Assembly (NCBI GenBank): GCA_964640155.1
Contig: CAZXEQ010000002.1
Location: 270,001-302,000 of the forward strand
Source of the DNA: an uncultured bacterium
Lineage (GTDB): Bacteria > Auribacterota > JACPWU01
Direction: 5' to 3'
Length of the DNA: 32,000 bases
Under the pieces are notes generated by a model. The model was given only the letters and a program-made list of their open reading frames with translations, ran no database searches and was not told where the DNA came from. This document shows, piece by piece, positions 1 through 9,500 of this stretch (its first letter is position 1; every line of letters begins with the position of its first letter). The translations under genes and the position numbers were made by a program.

Positions 1-1
1 G

Positions 2-352
2 GTTGCTCAGCGATTGGTTCGAACCATTTGTGTAAATTGCAAAGAGCCATTTGATCCCACAACAGAATTACTTGAAGAAGCAGGGCTTTCCTTAGATGAT
101 GTAAAAGGAGTACAATTCTATCGCGGCAAGGGATGTGGAAAATGTAATAAAACAGGCTATAAAGGAAGAACCGCTGTTTTTGAATTTCTGGTAGTAACAG
201 AACCTATTCGTGAACTTATTTTAGAAAAAGCGCCCACTGCTGTCATTGCTCAAAAAGCAAAAGAAGTCGGAATGAGAACGCTTCGAGCGGATGCTTTTCT
301 CAAACTTTATGAAGGTCTTACTACTTTTGAAGAAGTGTTGAAAGAAACCTAA
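2..352 (+). CDS. Type IV pilus / type II secretion ATPase (PilB/GspE family), C-terminal fragment running in from upstream of the window
   Basis: The open frame continues to the window edge (..VAQRLVRTICVNCKE..). The C-terminal tetracysteine motif CxxC...CxxC (CVNCKE...CGKCNKTGYKGR) followed by FE(F/L)L is typical of GspE/PilB ATPases. A PilC/GspF gene follows. Confidence 0.85.
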   Translation, partial: VAQRLVRTICVNCKEPFDPTTELLEEAGLSLDDVKGVQFYRGKGCGKCNKTGYKGRTAVFEFLVVTEPIRELILEKAPTAVIAQKAKEVGMRTLRADAFLKLYEGLTTFEEVLKET

Positions 353-447
353 AAGGCCGTCATGCGGAATGTGGGACGCGGCCTGCGTCAAAAACAAAAA
401 CGAACAATATTCGCATTACGCACGACGCATAACGCATAGCGAGACTT

Positions 448-1710
448 ATGAAATTTGATTACATTGCAACGGATGCAAAAGGCAAAGAGACACGGGGTGT
501 TGTTGATGCTGAAAACACCGTGACGGCGATTAATATTTTAAGAGGCCGTGGTCTTTTTCCAACCAGTGTGACTGAATCCTCCTCAGCTCAAAAATCTGCT
601 GGCCAGGGAATGCTTTCTATTTCTCAAGGAGAAAAGAAAAAACTCAACTTTCTTACGAATCTTCTCAAACCGAAAACCATCAAACCCAAGGTATTAACAG
701 TCTTTACCCGCCAATTAGCAGTATTGATCGATGCGGGTTTGCCCATTTTAAAAAGTCTTCACGTTTTAAAAGACCAAGAGAAAAACAAGCTTTTAAAAGA
801 AACGATTCAATCTTTGGGAGATATAGTAGAATCAGGAAGCACTTTTTCTGAATCATTGGGACGATTCCCAAAAATTTTCGACAAGCTTTATGTGAGCATG
901 GTTCGAGCCGGTGAAATGGGAGGCGTGCTTGATGAAGTTCTGAATCGTTTGTCCGAATTCATGGAAAAAGCTCAGCGCTTGAAAGCTCGCATCAAAGCAG
1001 CCATGGTTTATCCTACCCTCGTTCTAGTGTTTGCGATGGGCATTGTCACCTTTCTAGTGACAGTCATTGTCCCCAAGTTTGCAGAAATATTTCTTGAAAT
1101 GGACATTGATCTTCCTGGATTGACTGCAACCCTGATTGGAATCAGTAATTTCACGAAACGCCGATGGTATGTTTTCATTCTTATGTTTACTCTCATCGTC
1201 ACCGCTTATCGTACCATCAACAAAACACCCAAAGGAAAACTTAAACTGGATACTGCCAAACTTAAACTTCCTATCTTTGGTGATCTCATTCGAAAAGTAA
1301 GCATTGCTAGCTTTTCAAGAACACTTGGGACTTTGATTGCAAGCGGCGTTCCCATTCTAAAAGCATTGGCCATTGTCAGAGATACGATTAGTAATCAAGT
1401 GGTTGTAAACGCCATAACCCTTATTCATGACAGCATCCGAGAAGGGGAATCCATTGTGGGGCCTATGCGCGAAAGTGGAGTTTTTCCCCCCATGGTTGTG
1501 GGTATGGTAGATGTCGGAGAGCAAACCGGAAATTTAGCTGAAATGCTAACCAAAGTTGCAGACACTTATGATGAAGAAGTCGATGTCGCAGTTCAAGGAC
1601 TCACCGCTGTCTTGGAACCTTTGATGATCATTACCTTGGCCTTTATTGTTGGATTCATCGTCATTGCCATGTTCTTGCCATTAATCAAATTGATGCAGGG
1701 AATATCCTAA
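448..1710 (+). CDS. pilC: Type IV pilus assembly / T2SS platform protein (PilC/GspF family)
   Basis: The 420-aa ORF has two GspF-type repeats (..FTRQLAVLIDAGLPILKSL.. and ..FSRTLGTLIASGVPILKAL..) and three predicted TM segments. It lies directly downstream of the PilB/GspE ATPase. Confidence 0.85.
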   Translation: MKFDYIATDAKGKETRGVVDAENTVTAINILRGRGLFPTSVTESSSAQKSAGQGMLSISQGEKKKLNFLTNLLKPKTIKPKVLTVFTRQLAVLIDAGLPILKSLHVLKDQEKNKLLKETIQSLGDIVESGSTFSESLGRFPKIFDKLYVSMVRAGEMGGVLDEVLNRLSEFMEKAQRLKARIKAAMVYPTLVLVFAMGIVTFLVTVIVPKFAEIFLEMDIDLPGLTATLIGISNFTKRRWYVFILMFTLIVTAYRTINKTPKGKLKLDTAKLKLPIFGDLIRKVSIASFSRTLGTLIASGVPILKALAIVRDTISNQVVVNAITLIHDSIREGESIVGPMRESGVFPPMVVGMVDVGEQTGNLAEMLTKVADTYDEEVDVAVQGLTAVLEPLMIITLAFIVGFIVIAMFLPLIKLMQGIS

Positions 1711-1803
1711 GCCCTCATGCGCACAACCCCAAAGAAAAAATTTTTCTTCAAGTTTTTACACAACACGCATAACACCTAACGTAATACGACCTTCCACGAA
1801 TCC

Positions 1804-1832
1804 TTGACACCCCCAGGCTCTCTCTATAGAAT
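1804..1832 (+). promoter_or_regulatory. Candidate sigma70-type promoter for rpmH-rnpA-yidD-yidC
   Basis: TTGACA (1804-1809), a 17-nt spacer, then TAGAAT (1827-1832), about 60 nt upstream of the rpmH ATG. Confidence 0.4.
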
Positions 1833-1894
1833 GGGGGACTTATTGTGAGAAAAAACGTCTCAAAGGAATAAAAAAGCTAAGGATTATATTCATT

Positions 1895-2032
1895 ATGAAA
1901 AGAACGTATCAGCCATCACGTATCAAAAAACTTAGAAAACATGGATTTCGAGCCAGATCAGCAAGCAAAGGTGGCCGAGCTGTTCTTAAGGCCCGTCGCC
2001 GAAAAGGACGTGCCCGCATTGCGGTAAGTTAA
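1895..2032 (+). CDS. rpmH: 50S ribosomal protein L34
   Basis: A 45-codon ORF missing from the ORF track because it is too short. Hand translation gives [45 protein letters not shown], the canonical L34 sequence. AAGGA lies upstream and rnpA follows. Confidence 0.92.
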   Translation: MKRTYQPSRIKKLRKHGFRARSASKGGRAVLKARRRKGRARIAVS

Positions 2033-2050
2033 GATTCGGAGCGCAAGTTC

Positions 2051-2395
2051 ATGGGAGTCTACTCATTTTCTAAAAATGAGCATTTGAAACGTTCCAGCGA
2101 CATTCGCGAGGTGTTTCAAACAGGCCGAAAATGGGTAGGGGATTTTATCATTTTCTATACAAAGACTTCGCCTGATGCCTCTTCAAAAGCTGCTTTTGTA
2201 GTAAGTAAAAAAATCGGCGCAGCAGTTGTTCGAAATCGCATCAAAAGATTGATGAGAGAAGCTTACAGACTTCAGAAGCCATTTTTGAAAAAAGAAGGCT
2301 GTTGGTTTGTTTTTTCAGCAAAAGCAGGAGTTGAAAAGTGGGAGTTTTCAAAAATAGACGAGGAAATGAGGAGATTTTTTAATCAAATTCAATGA
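2051..2395 (+). CDS. rnpA: Ribonuclease P protein component
   Basis: A 114-aa basic protein with the RNR-type motif ([14 protein letters not shown]), in the conserved position between rpmH and yidD. Confidence 0.85.
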   Translation: MGVYSFSKNEHLKRSSDIREVFQTGRKWVGDFIIFYTKTSPDASSKAAFVVSKKIGAAVVRNRIKRLMREAYRLQKPFLKKEGCWFVFSAKAGVEKWEFSKIDEEMRRFFNQIQ

Positions 2396-2601
2396 GACGT
2401 TGTGTTCTTTTTTTAATTAGATGTTATCAAGCCCTCCTTTCTCCTATTTTAGGACCTGCATGCCGTTTTGTACCTTCTTGCTCTGAGTATTGTTGTGAAG
2501 GTATTCAAAAAAAGGGAATCGTCAAAGGCATTTATTTAGGATTGAAGAGAATTTTTCGCTGTCATCCTTTTCATGCTGGGGGATATGACCCTGTTAAGTA
2601 A
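2392..2601 (+). CDS. yidD: Membrane protein insertion efficiency factor YidD
   Basis: The 69-aa ORF carries conserved YidD motifs (YQ..LSP......CRF.PSCSEY......G...G..L...RI.RCHP). Its start overlaps the rnpA stop in an ATGA. Confidence 0.88.
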   Translation: MRRCVLFLIRCYQALLSPILGPACRFVPSCSEYCCEGIQKKGIVKGIYLGLKRIFRCHPFHAGGYDPVK

Positions 2602-2644
2602 AACAATTTTAAATTAAAAACTTTTTAATCATTTTGGAGTTCTC

Positions 2645-4300
2645 ATGCCACAAGGACAATATGAAAATCAACCTCAGTTAGGCAATCAAGATCCTGGAAC
2701 AGGGAAAAGAATGGCTTTGGCTTTCGGGCTTTCTTTCCTGATTTTCTTTGGATACATGCATTTTTATGCTAAAAAAAATCCACCGCAGCAAGCATCGAAC
2801 GTTGTAGACACAAAGACACCCTCATCAAGTTCCACTTTTCAGACTCCCATCACAGAAGAAAAAGAGAAAGTCATACAAAAGTCTGAAGAACTGGAAATAC
2901 TTCCTCCAGAACAAGAAATTGTGCTTGAATCCGAGTTTGAAAAAATTACTTTTTCAACCTGGAGAGGAGCCATTAAGTCTTTGCTCCTTAAACAAAGTAA
3001 GTTGGTTCGAGGAGAGCCTGTTAACCTCATTCAATCTCAGAACCCTAATGTTCAACTGGGAGCTATTTCTAGATTTGGAGATATACCGGAGAGTGCCTTA
3101 CGGGCTTATCAAGTTCTAGAACAGGGAACTGATTTTATTACTTTCCAAGCACAATATCAGAAAATAAAAATCCAGAAGAAATTTACTCTGACTAAACCCT
3201 ATGTGATTGAACTTGATGTAAAAATTCTTAACGAAGATGATAAAGAAATTCTTCTGTATCGGGGATTAGATGTTTGCCTTGGCTCCTTGCAAGCCAACAA
3301 TCCGGACGAATCTCTCAAGCCTCTTGAAATTGCCTATTTTCTAGCGGGAGGAGAAGGATCTTATGTTAAAAGATCGATTGGAAAAATTAAAGAACGAAAT
3401 GTAGAATCTCTAGAGTTATCCTGGACTGCACTCAAAAGTAAATATTTTGCATTGATTGCCAAACCTATTGAATCTCAAGCTTCCGCTCTCATCTCTGAAC
3501 ACATTGAAGAAAATTTTAAACCTTATTATTCCACAAGTTTGCGCATGGATATCCCTCCCATTCAATCTGGGAAAACAAGTGAAACAAAATTTTTACTCTA
3601 TGCTGGGCCAAAAGATTTTGATCTCTTAAAGTCTTTTGGATTTCATTTTGAAAATCTTATGGATTTTGGCGGAATATGGGGAAAACTCTCTTATGGACTT
3701 GCTTTCGCTCTTCGATGGCTAAATGGTTTCCTCCATAATTATGGATTAGCCATCATTGTTCTCACCATTTTATTAAAATTGCTTTTCTATCCTCTGAGCG
3801 CTATCAGTATGAAATCCATGAAAGAAATGCAAGCACTGAAACCTCAGTTAGATGTGATTCGAAAAAAATACAAAGATAATCCCAAAAAAATTCAGCAAGA
3901 AACCATGGGGCTTTATCGGGAACACAATGTAAAACCTCTGGCAGGTTGTCTTCCCATGCTTGTGCAAATCCCCATTTTCATTGCCTTTTATCAAATTCTC
4001 ATGAACTCTATTGAACTACGAGGAGCTCATTTCCTTTGGATTAAAGATTTAGCCCATGCAGATAACCTTTTTAGAATAGGAACTTTCCCCATTAATATCC
4101 TTCCTGTTCTTAATGGACTCGCCATGTTTTGGCAACAAAAACTCACCCCCACCGATCCTAGTCAAAAAAGTCTCAAATTTATCATGCCCATCATGCTGAC
4201 CGTTTTCTTTTATGGGCTTCCTTCTGGTCTTATTCTGTATTGGTTGGCCACTACTTTGATCACCGTCTTACAACAATATCAAGTTCAAAAAAAGCCTTAA
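2645..4300 (+). CDS. yidC: Membrane protein insertase YidC
   Basis: The 551-aa ORF has an N-terminal TM segment, a large periplasmic domain and the C-terminal 60-kDa insertase core (..YGLAIIVLTILLKLLFYPL....MQALKPQLDVIRKKYKDNP....PLAGCLPMLVQIPIFIAFY..). GGAG lies 6 nt upstream. Confidence 0.92.
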   Translation: MPQGQYENQPQLGNQDPGTGKRMALAFGLSFLIFFGYMHFYAKKNPPQQASNVVDTKTPSSSSTFQTPITEEKEKVIQKSEELEILPPEQEIVLESEFEKITFSTWRGAIKSLLLKQSKLVRGEPVNLIQSQNPNVQLGAISRFGDIPESALRAYQVLEQGTDFITFQAQYQKIKIQKKFTLTKPYVIELDVKILNEDDKEILLYRGLDVCLGSLQANNPDESLKPLEIAYFLAGGEGSYVKRSIGKIKERNVESLELSWTALKSKYFALIAKPIESQASALISEHIEENFKPYYSTSLRMDIPPIQSGKTSETKFLLYAGPKDFDLLKSFGFHFENLMDFGGIWGKLSYGLAFALRWLNGFLHNYGLAIIVLTILLKLLFYPLSAISMKSMKEMQALKPQLDVIRKKYKDNPKKIQQETMGLYREHNVKPLAGCLPMLVQIPIFIAFYQILMNSIELRGAHFLWIKDLAHADNLFRIGTFPINILPVLNGLAMFWQQKLTPTDPSQKSLKFIMPIMLTVFFYGLPSGLILYWLATTLITVLQQYQVQKKP

Positions 4301-4316
4301 AAAGGAGATCCCCAAC

Positions 4317-5891
4317 ATGAAAAGAAATTTTTTAATTCTTTTAGCTGTCTTTTTCTTTCTTTCCAGCTTACAAAGTCATGCAGAAAGCACACCTGAAGTT
4401 GGAAAAATTTATGCGGAAGTTATTTTAGATGCTTCTAATTCCATGAATGAACAAGTGGAAGGGGTCGCCAAAATTGAAACTGCAAAACAAGTCATTATCT
4501 CTTTAACCTCTTCTCTAGATCCTTCTATTCAAATGGCCTTAAGAACCTATGGCGATCACTTTGATGCATTAGGAACCAAAGAAAAAGCCTGTCAGGACAG
4601 TACCCTCGCTGTGGGCTTTGGAGAAAACAATCGTGAACAAATTGCGACTGCAGTAGAGAACATTGTCGCCAAAGGATACACCCCCATCGCCTTCACATTA
4701 CAACAAGCCTATAACCTAGATTTGATGCCCATTGAAGGAGGGAACAAATCCATTATTTTAGTCAGCGATGGAAAAGAAAGTTGTGGTGGAGATCCTTGTG
4801 CTCTTGTCAAAGAACTCAAAGCCCGCGGGATCAATGTCGTTATTAATACCGTTGGATTTGCAGTGGATGCTGAAACCCGTGCTCAACTGGAATGCATTGC
4901 CAAAGAAACAGGTGGCCGATATTACGACGCAAAAAATGCGGATGCCTTAAAAGATAGCATGAAACAAGTTCAACAGCAGTTGCAGACGATGACAGGGGCA
5001 AAAACACAATGGGGATATGAATTTGATGGAAAAGAAATCGTCCCAGCTACAAATTGTTCAAGCGCACCCTCCATTGCAGCAGGAAAATATATCATGAAAA
5101 ATTTAGCTAATTCTCCTAATGAAAAATTAGGAGAGGTAAAACATTGTGTGGCCATTCCTCTGAAAGCAGGACAAAATTTAATGGTCAAAGCTGTAATCAC
5201 AGGGGTCGTAGGCCCAGAAACACTTGATGATCCAAACGCCTTGCTCGATCTTGCCGTACAATTCTGGGGACAAACAGATCAAACTTTACATTATGACTTT
5301 AGAGAAATTTACAAAGTCAGTGCCTATAAACCTTATTCGATGGACTTTTGGATGGATAGCACTACAGATCAAACCTATTGCCTATCCTTTTCAACCATGG
5401 CTCGCTATAAAACAGCTCCAGCAGGCTTTAACGTAGGTTTTGAAGCCATTGTTACAGATCTTACCGATGTTGACTCTGGAAAGGATGCGCCTAGCTCCTT
5501 TGCAGAGGCACTTCCTATTGAAACAAAAAATTATGCTAACAACTTCTTAATGGTAGAAGATATTGATCGATATAAGCTTTCTCTTCCTTCTGCTGGAACA
5601 GTATCCATTAAAATTATTCCCGAAGAAAGTAAACGTGTTCATCTAGAGATTTACAATGAAGACCGTGAAAGATTGTGGGGAAATTCTTCTAATAATGATG
5701 GAGCTATTATTAAATTTGAACAAGCCTTCGATAAACCCCAAACCCTTTACCTTGAAGTCAAGGGAGCCTCAGACGTTCAGACATGGATGAATGGACAAAG
5801 AAAATCCGTGATGCGAGGTGGTAAATACGAAATGAATATTTCATCCCAAACAGCCGCTCAAGAACCATCAAAGATTTTGAAGCCAGAATAA
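4317..5891 (+). CDS. Secreted von Willebrand factor A (VWA) domain protein with C-terminal beta-sandwich (pre-peptidase-C-terminal-like) domains
   Basis: The protein has a signal peptide (MKRNFLILLAVFFFLSSLQSHA/ES) and a MIDAS-like DxSxS motif (LDASNSM) within a VWA-like region (..ILVSDGKESCGGDP..). The C-terminal half has D.DRYK..L-type motifs reminiscent of PPC domains. A strong AGGAG RBS is present. Confidence 0.7.
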   Translation: MKRNFLILLAVFFFLSSLQSHAESTPEVGKIYAEVILDASNSMNEQVEGVAKIETAKQVIISLTSSLDPSIQMALRTYGDHFDALGTKEKACQDSTLAVGFGENNREQIATAVENIVAKGYTPIAFTLQQAYNLDLMPIEGGNKSIILVSDGKESCGGDPCALVKELKARGINVVINTVGFAVDAETRAQLECIAKETGGRYYDAKNADALKDSMKQVQQQLQTMTGAKTQWGYEFDGKEIVPATNCSSAPSIAAGKYIMKNLANSPNEKLGEVKHCVAIPLKAGQNLMVKAVITGVVGPETLDDPNALLDLAVQFWGQTDQTLHYDFREIYKVSAYKPYSMDFWMDSTTDQTYCLSFSTMARYKTAPAGFNVGFEAIVTDLTDVDSGKDAPSSFAEALPIETKNYANNFLMVEDIDRYKLSLPSAGTVSIKIIPEESKRVHLEIYNEDRERLWGNSSNNDGAIIKFEQAFDKPQTLYLEVKGASDVQTWMNGQRKSVMRGGKYEMNISSQTAAQEPSKILKPE

Positions 5892-5979
5892 CTCCTAAGC
5901 AAAGGTATAGCTGAAACTCTTTTTTAAATCATTACGATTTTTTATTTTATTCTCAACTTCTGAACTTTGTCTCTTTCCC

Positions 5980-6008
5980 TTGATTTGATGCGAGGCTCAT
6001 CGTATATT
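5980..6008 (+). promoter_or_regulatory. Candidate sigma70-type promoter placing the mnmE transcription start at or next to the start codon
   Basis: TTGATT (5980-5985), a 17-nt spacer, then TATATT (6003-6008). The ATG is at 6016 and no Shine-Dalgarno sequence lies between. Confidence 0.35.
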
Positions 6009-6015
6009 CCTACTC

Positions 6016-7395
6016 ATGAATCACTCTTTAGAAGATACGATAGCTGCTATTGCCTCAGCACCAGGAGAAGGTGCACTTGGAATTATTCGCATCAGTGGGC
6101 CTGAAACCCTTGCCATTGCTGATCAAATTTTTAGAACTAAAAAACATGTTCTTCCCTCATCTTTTCAGTCTCATCATCTGTATTTTGGTGAAGTGTGGGA
6201 TGAAAATGAATTAATCGATGAGGCCACAGCCCTCGTTATGAAAGCCCCTCAAAGCTACACCGGTGAAAATAGCTTTGAAATTTATGGCCATGGAAGCCCT
6301 TTTGTTTTAAAAAAGATTTTATCCCTTTGCATTGCAAAAGGGGCTCGTCTTGCCGAACCTGGTGAATTTACAAAACGTGCCTTTCTCAATGGACGTATGG
6401 ATCTCTCACAAGCTGAAGCTGTGATTGACCTGGTTCAAGCCAAATCTGAATTACAAAGAAAATATGCCCTTCGTCAACTTCAGGGAGATTTTTCAAAAGC
6501 TTTGTCCCAAATTCGCGAAATACTTTTTAATGTCATGGTTGAAGCTGAAGCGAATATTGATTTTCCTGATTATGTGCCAGAAGGAGTTCAACCTCAAACC
6601 TATGCTCATATGGTTCAAGAAACCCATGCAAAAGTTCAAAATATGCTTCAAGGAGCACAAATTCGAAAAACAGTTCAAGAGGGATTTAAAATTGTTTTGA
6701 TGGGAGAACCCAATGTTGGGAAATCAAGTCTTCTGAATGCATTGGCTGAGAAAGAATTAGCGATTGTAACGGAACTTCCTGGTACCACGCGTGATGCAAT
6801 ACATCATGAAACTGAATTTGCAGGTATCCCCGTTCATTTTATAGATACTGCAGGCTTAAGAGATCCTGAAAATATTGTGGAAGAAAAAGGAATTAAAATT
6901 ACTCAAAAGAAATATGAAGAAGCAGATCTTATTTTATGGATTTTAGATGTTTCGTCCAAAAACTCTGATTTTCAAAAATTTAATAATTTTATAAATAATG
7001 GGAAAGAATGTATAATTATAGCTAATAAAATTGATATATCACCCACTTTTAACATAAAAAATATAAAAATAACATCAAAATCACCCATATTAAAAACTTC
7101 TGCAATCGATGGAAATGGCATTCAAGAGCTCAAAAAAGCCATTGAAACTTGGGTGATTCGACATTCTGATCATCTTGAAACTCAATATTTACTCAATCAA
7201 AGGCAAGAAAAAATTCTTCAAAATGTTTCAGAGCTTTTAACAAGCGCTCAAAAGGCATTTGAGGAAAATTTGGGAGATGACTTTATCGCAAGCGATTTAA
7301 GAACCGCCATTCAGAAAATGGACGAAATTTTAGGCAGATCCGTGAATGAAGAAATGATTCATGCCATTTTTGCAAAATTCTGCATTGGGAAATAA
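6016..7395 (+). CDS. mnmE: tRNA modification GTPase MnmE
   Basis: The 459-aa ORF has the N-terminal DTIAAIAS.PG.G...IRISG motif, G-domain motifs GEPNVGKSSLLN, DTAG and NKID, and the C-terminal FCIGK tetrapeptide hallmark of MnmE/TrmE. Confidence 0.94.
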   Translation: MNHSLEDTIAAIASAPGEGALGIIRISGPETLAIADQIFRTKKHVLPSSFQSHHLYFGEVWDENELIDEATALVMKAPQSYTGENSFEIYGHGSPFVLKKILSLCIAKGARLAEPGEFTKRAFLNGRMDLSQAEAVIDLVQAKSELQRKYALRQLQGDFSKALSQIREILFNVMVEAEANIDFPDYVPEGVQPQTYAHMVQETHAKVQNMLQGAQIRKTVQEGFKIVLMGEPNVGKSSLLNALAEKELAIVTELPGTTRDAIHHETEFAGIPVHFIDTAGLRDPENIVEEKGIKITQKKYEEADLILWILDVSSKNSDFQKFNNFINNGKECIIIANKIDISPTFNIKNIKITSKSPILKTSAIDGNGIQELKKAIETWVIRHSDHLETQYLLNQRQEKILQNVSELLTSAQKAFEENLGDDFIASDLRTAIQKMDEILGRSVNEEMIHAIFAKFCIGK

Positions 7396-7460
7396 CCCTT
7401 CTTCCTCTTTCTGTAAGACTATCGAATATGTGGCAATACAAGTGTGTCTTTTTGAAAAGT

Positions 7461-7545
7461 AGCGGATCCTGCCACTCGTCAGCCCCACCGTGCTCGCTAA
7501 AAGCTGCGCGCAGCGGGGCTCCCCCGCCGAGTGTCACCCGCACAT
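7461..7545. other. GC-rich island forming an extended imperfect hairpin, function unknown
   Basis: CACTCG (7473-7478) pairs with CGAGTG (7528-7533) and AGCCCC (7481-7486) pairs with GGGGCT (7515-7520). These enclose the palindrome GCTGCGCGCAGC. The composition is strikingly GC-rich against AT-rich flanks. Confidence 0.3.
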
Positions 7546-7553
7546 GATAGGAC

Positions 7554-7582
7554 TTGGATAAATCAGCTCTCTAAGCTATACT
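7554..7582 (+). promoter_or_regulatory. Candidate promoter for mnmG
   Basis: TTGGAT (7554-7559), a 17-nt spacer, then TATACT (7577-7582), about 25 nt upstream of the mnmG ATG. Confidence 0.3.
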
Positions 7583-7607
7583 CTGCCCATATAAAGCTCT
7601 TAAAACT

Positions 7608-9470
7608 ATGACTTATACTTATCCAAAAACTTATGATGTAATCGTTGTTGGAGCAGGACACGCTGGCTGTGAAGCTGCCTTGGCGAGTGCTCGAATGGGC
7701 TTACAGACTTGCCTCTTTACCATCAATCTCGACACCGTTGGGAAAATGCCCTGCAATCCTGCCATTGGAGGCATTGCCAAAGGACATTTGGTTCGAGAAA
7801 TTGATGCATTGGGTGGAGAAATGGCTAAAACCACCGACAAAACGAGTATTCAGTTTAAAATGCTCAATATTGGTAAAGGTCCTGCCGTTTGGGCGCCCCG
7901 TGCACAAGCTGACAAAAAACAATATTCGATTGAAATGCGCCATGTGGTTGAGCGCCAGGAAAACCTGGATCTTCGTCAAGGGATGATTGAAGAAATATTA
8001 TCGCAAGATTCTTGTATTAAAGGAGTTAAGACTAATTCTGGAACCATTTATCAGTCTAAAGTGGTGATTATTACCACGGGTACCTTTTTGAAAGGACTTT
8101 GCCACGTGGGAGATTCTTCTTTTGCGGCAGGACGTGCAGGAGAATTTCCTTCTTATGGATTGTCAGATTCTCTTAAAAATTTAGGATTTGAATTGCTTCG
8201 CCTTAAAACAGGAACACCTCCTCGCATTCATGCTAGATCTATTGACTATACAAAAGTTCAAGTTCAGGATGGAGACCCCATCCCATATCAGTTTTCTCAT
8301 TTCCCGGTTGAACAAAGACTCAAGCAAGTTGCATGCTACATCACAGCAACCACAGATAAAACCGCTGAGATTATTCGAGAAAATATTCACAGATCACCTC
8401 TTTATTGCGGGAAAATTGTAGGCGTTGGACCTCGCTATTGCCCCTCTATCGAAGATAAAATCATGAGATTTCCTGATAAACCAACTCATCAGATTTTTCT
8501 TGAACCTGAAGGACTTGAAACAGATGAAGTCTATATTAACGGCGTTTCAACAAGCTTACCAGAAGATGTTCAGGAACAAATAGTTAGATCTATAACAGGA
8601 TTAGAAAATGCAGAGATTATCCGCTATGGATACGCCGTAGAATATGACTTTGCTCCACCTACACAGCTTTATCCAACCTTAGAAACAAAAAAAATATCGG
8701 GGCTTTATTTTGCTGGACAAATCAATGGTACGAGTGGCTATGAAGAAGCCGCAGCTCAAGGCTTGATGGCGGGTATTAATGCCGCTCTTAAACTACTCGG
8801 AAAAGAACCTCTGATTCTCAAACGTTCTGAAGCTTATATTGGAGTATTAATCGATGATTTAGTCACCAAAGGAACCAAAGAACCTTATCGTATGTTTACC
8901 TCCAGAGCTGAATATCGTCTTTTATTAAGACAAGATAATGCCGACTTAAGACTCATGGAATATGGCTATAAGATCGGACTTATTTCAGAAAATCATTATC
9001 AAGAGTTCTTAAAGAAAAAAGAAATGATTCGAGAAGAGATTGAACGGCTCAAAAAAACACGCCATGGCCAAGATAGCCTCTATCAAATCTTAAAACGTCC
9101 TCATGTCAAATATTCAAACATTTTAAAAATTGAAAATAAAGAAACGCCCACTTTACCTATAGATGTTTTTCAACAGGTAGAAATTGAGATCAAATATGAA
9201 GGATATATTCTCCGGGAACAAGAACTCATTCACAGGCTCAAAAAATTAGATGAAAAACAAATTCCTTCTCATATTGACTTCAAAAAAATCAAAGGACTGA
9301 GAACAGAAGCACAAGAAAAGCTTAATACCATTCAACCTCAATCCTTAGGACAAGCTTCCCGAATCTCTGGCGTTTCTCCTGCAGATATTACCACTTTGAT
9401 GATTTATTTACGTCAAATCGGAAAAGACTCTCAAAAATCGACAATACCTTCCATAGTTATTCAGAAATAA
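7608..9470 (+). CDS. mnmG: tRNA uridine 5-carboxymethylaminomethyl modification enzyme MnmG (GidA)
   Basis: The 620-aa ORF has the N-terminal FAD-binding motif [18 protein letters not shown] and conserved GidA blocks ([36 protein letters not shown]). Confidence 0.95.
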   Translation: MTYTYPKTYDVIVVGAGHAGCEAALASARMGLQTCLFTINLDTVGKMPCNPAIGGIAKGHLVREIDALGGEMAKTTDKTSIQFKMLNIGKGPAVWAPRAQADKKQYSIEMRHVVERQENLDLRQGMIEEILSQDSCIKGVKTNSGTIYQSKVVIITTGTFLKGLCHVGDSSFAAGRAGEFPSYGLSDSLKNLGFELLRLKTGTPPRIHARSIDYTKVQVQDGDPIPYQFSHFPVEQRLKQVACYITATTDKTAEIIRENIHRSPLYCGKIVGVGPRYCPSIEDKIMRFPDKPTHQIFLEPEGLETDEVYINGVSTSLPEDVQEQIVRSITGLENAEIIRYGYAVEYDFAPPTQLYPTLETKKISGLYFAGQINGTSGYEEAAAQGLMAGINAALKLLGKEPLILKRSEAYIGVLIDDLVTKGTKEPYRMFTSRAEYRLLLRQDNADLRLMEYGYKIGLISENHYQEFLKKKEMIREEIERLKKTRHGQDSLYQILKRPHVKYSNILKIENKETPTLPIDVFQQVEIEIKYEGYILREQELIHRLKKLDEKQIPSHIDFKKIKGLRTEAQEKLNTIQPQSLGQASRISGVSPADITTLMIYLRQIGKDSQKSTIPSIVIQK

Positions 9471-9500
9471 ATTTTAGATTTAGCCTTTTTATACTCCGCA

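Noticed and set aside
7283-7543. 86-aa - strand ORF spanning the mnmE 3' end and the GC-rich island
   Set aside because: It overlaps the well-supported mnmE CDS on the opposite strand. Its open frame is explained by the lack of stop codons in GC-rich sequence. It has no RBS and no recognisable motifs.
7428-7547. 39-codon Cys-containing ORF (MWQYKCVFLKSSGSCHSSAPPC...) as a small peptide or RiPP precursor
   Set aside because: It has no Shine-Dalgarno sequence and no adjacent modification or transport genes. The open frame is expected by chance in a GC-rich island. It is mentioned under the GC-island finding only as something to test with Ribo-seq.
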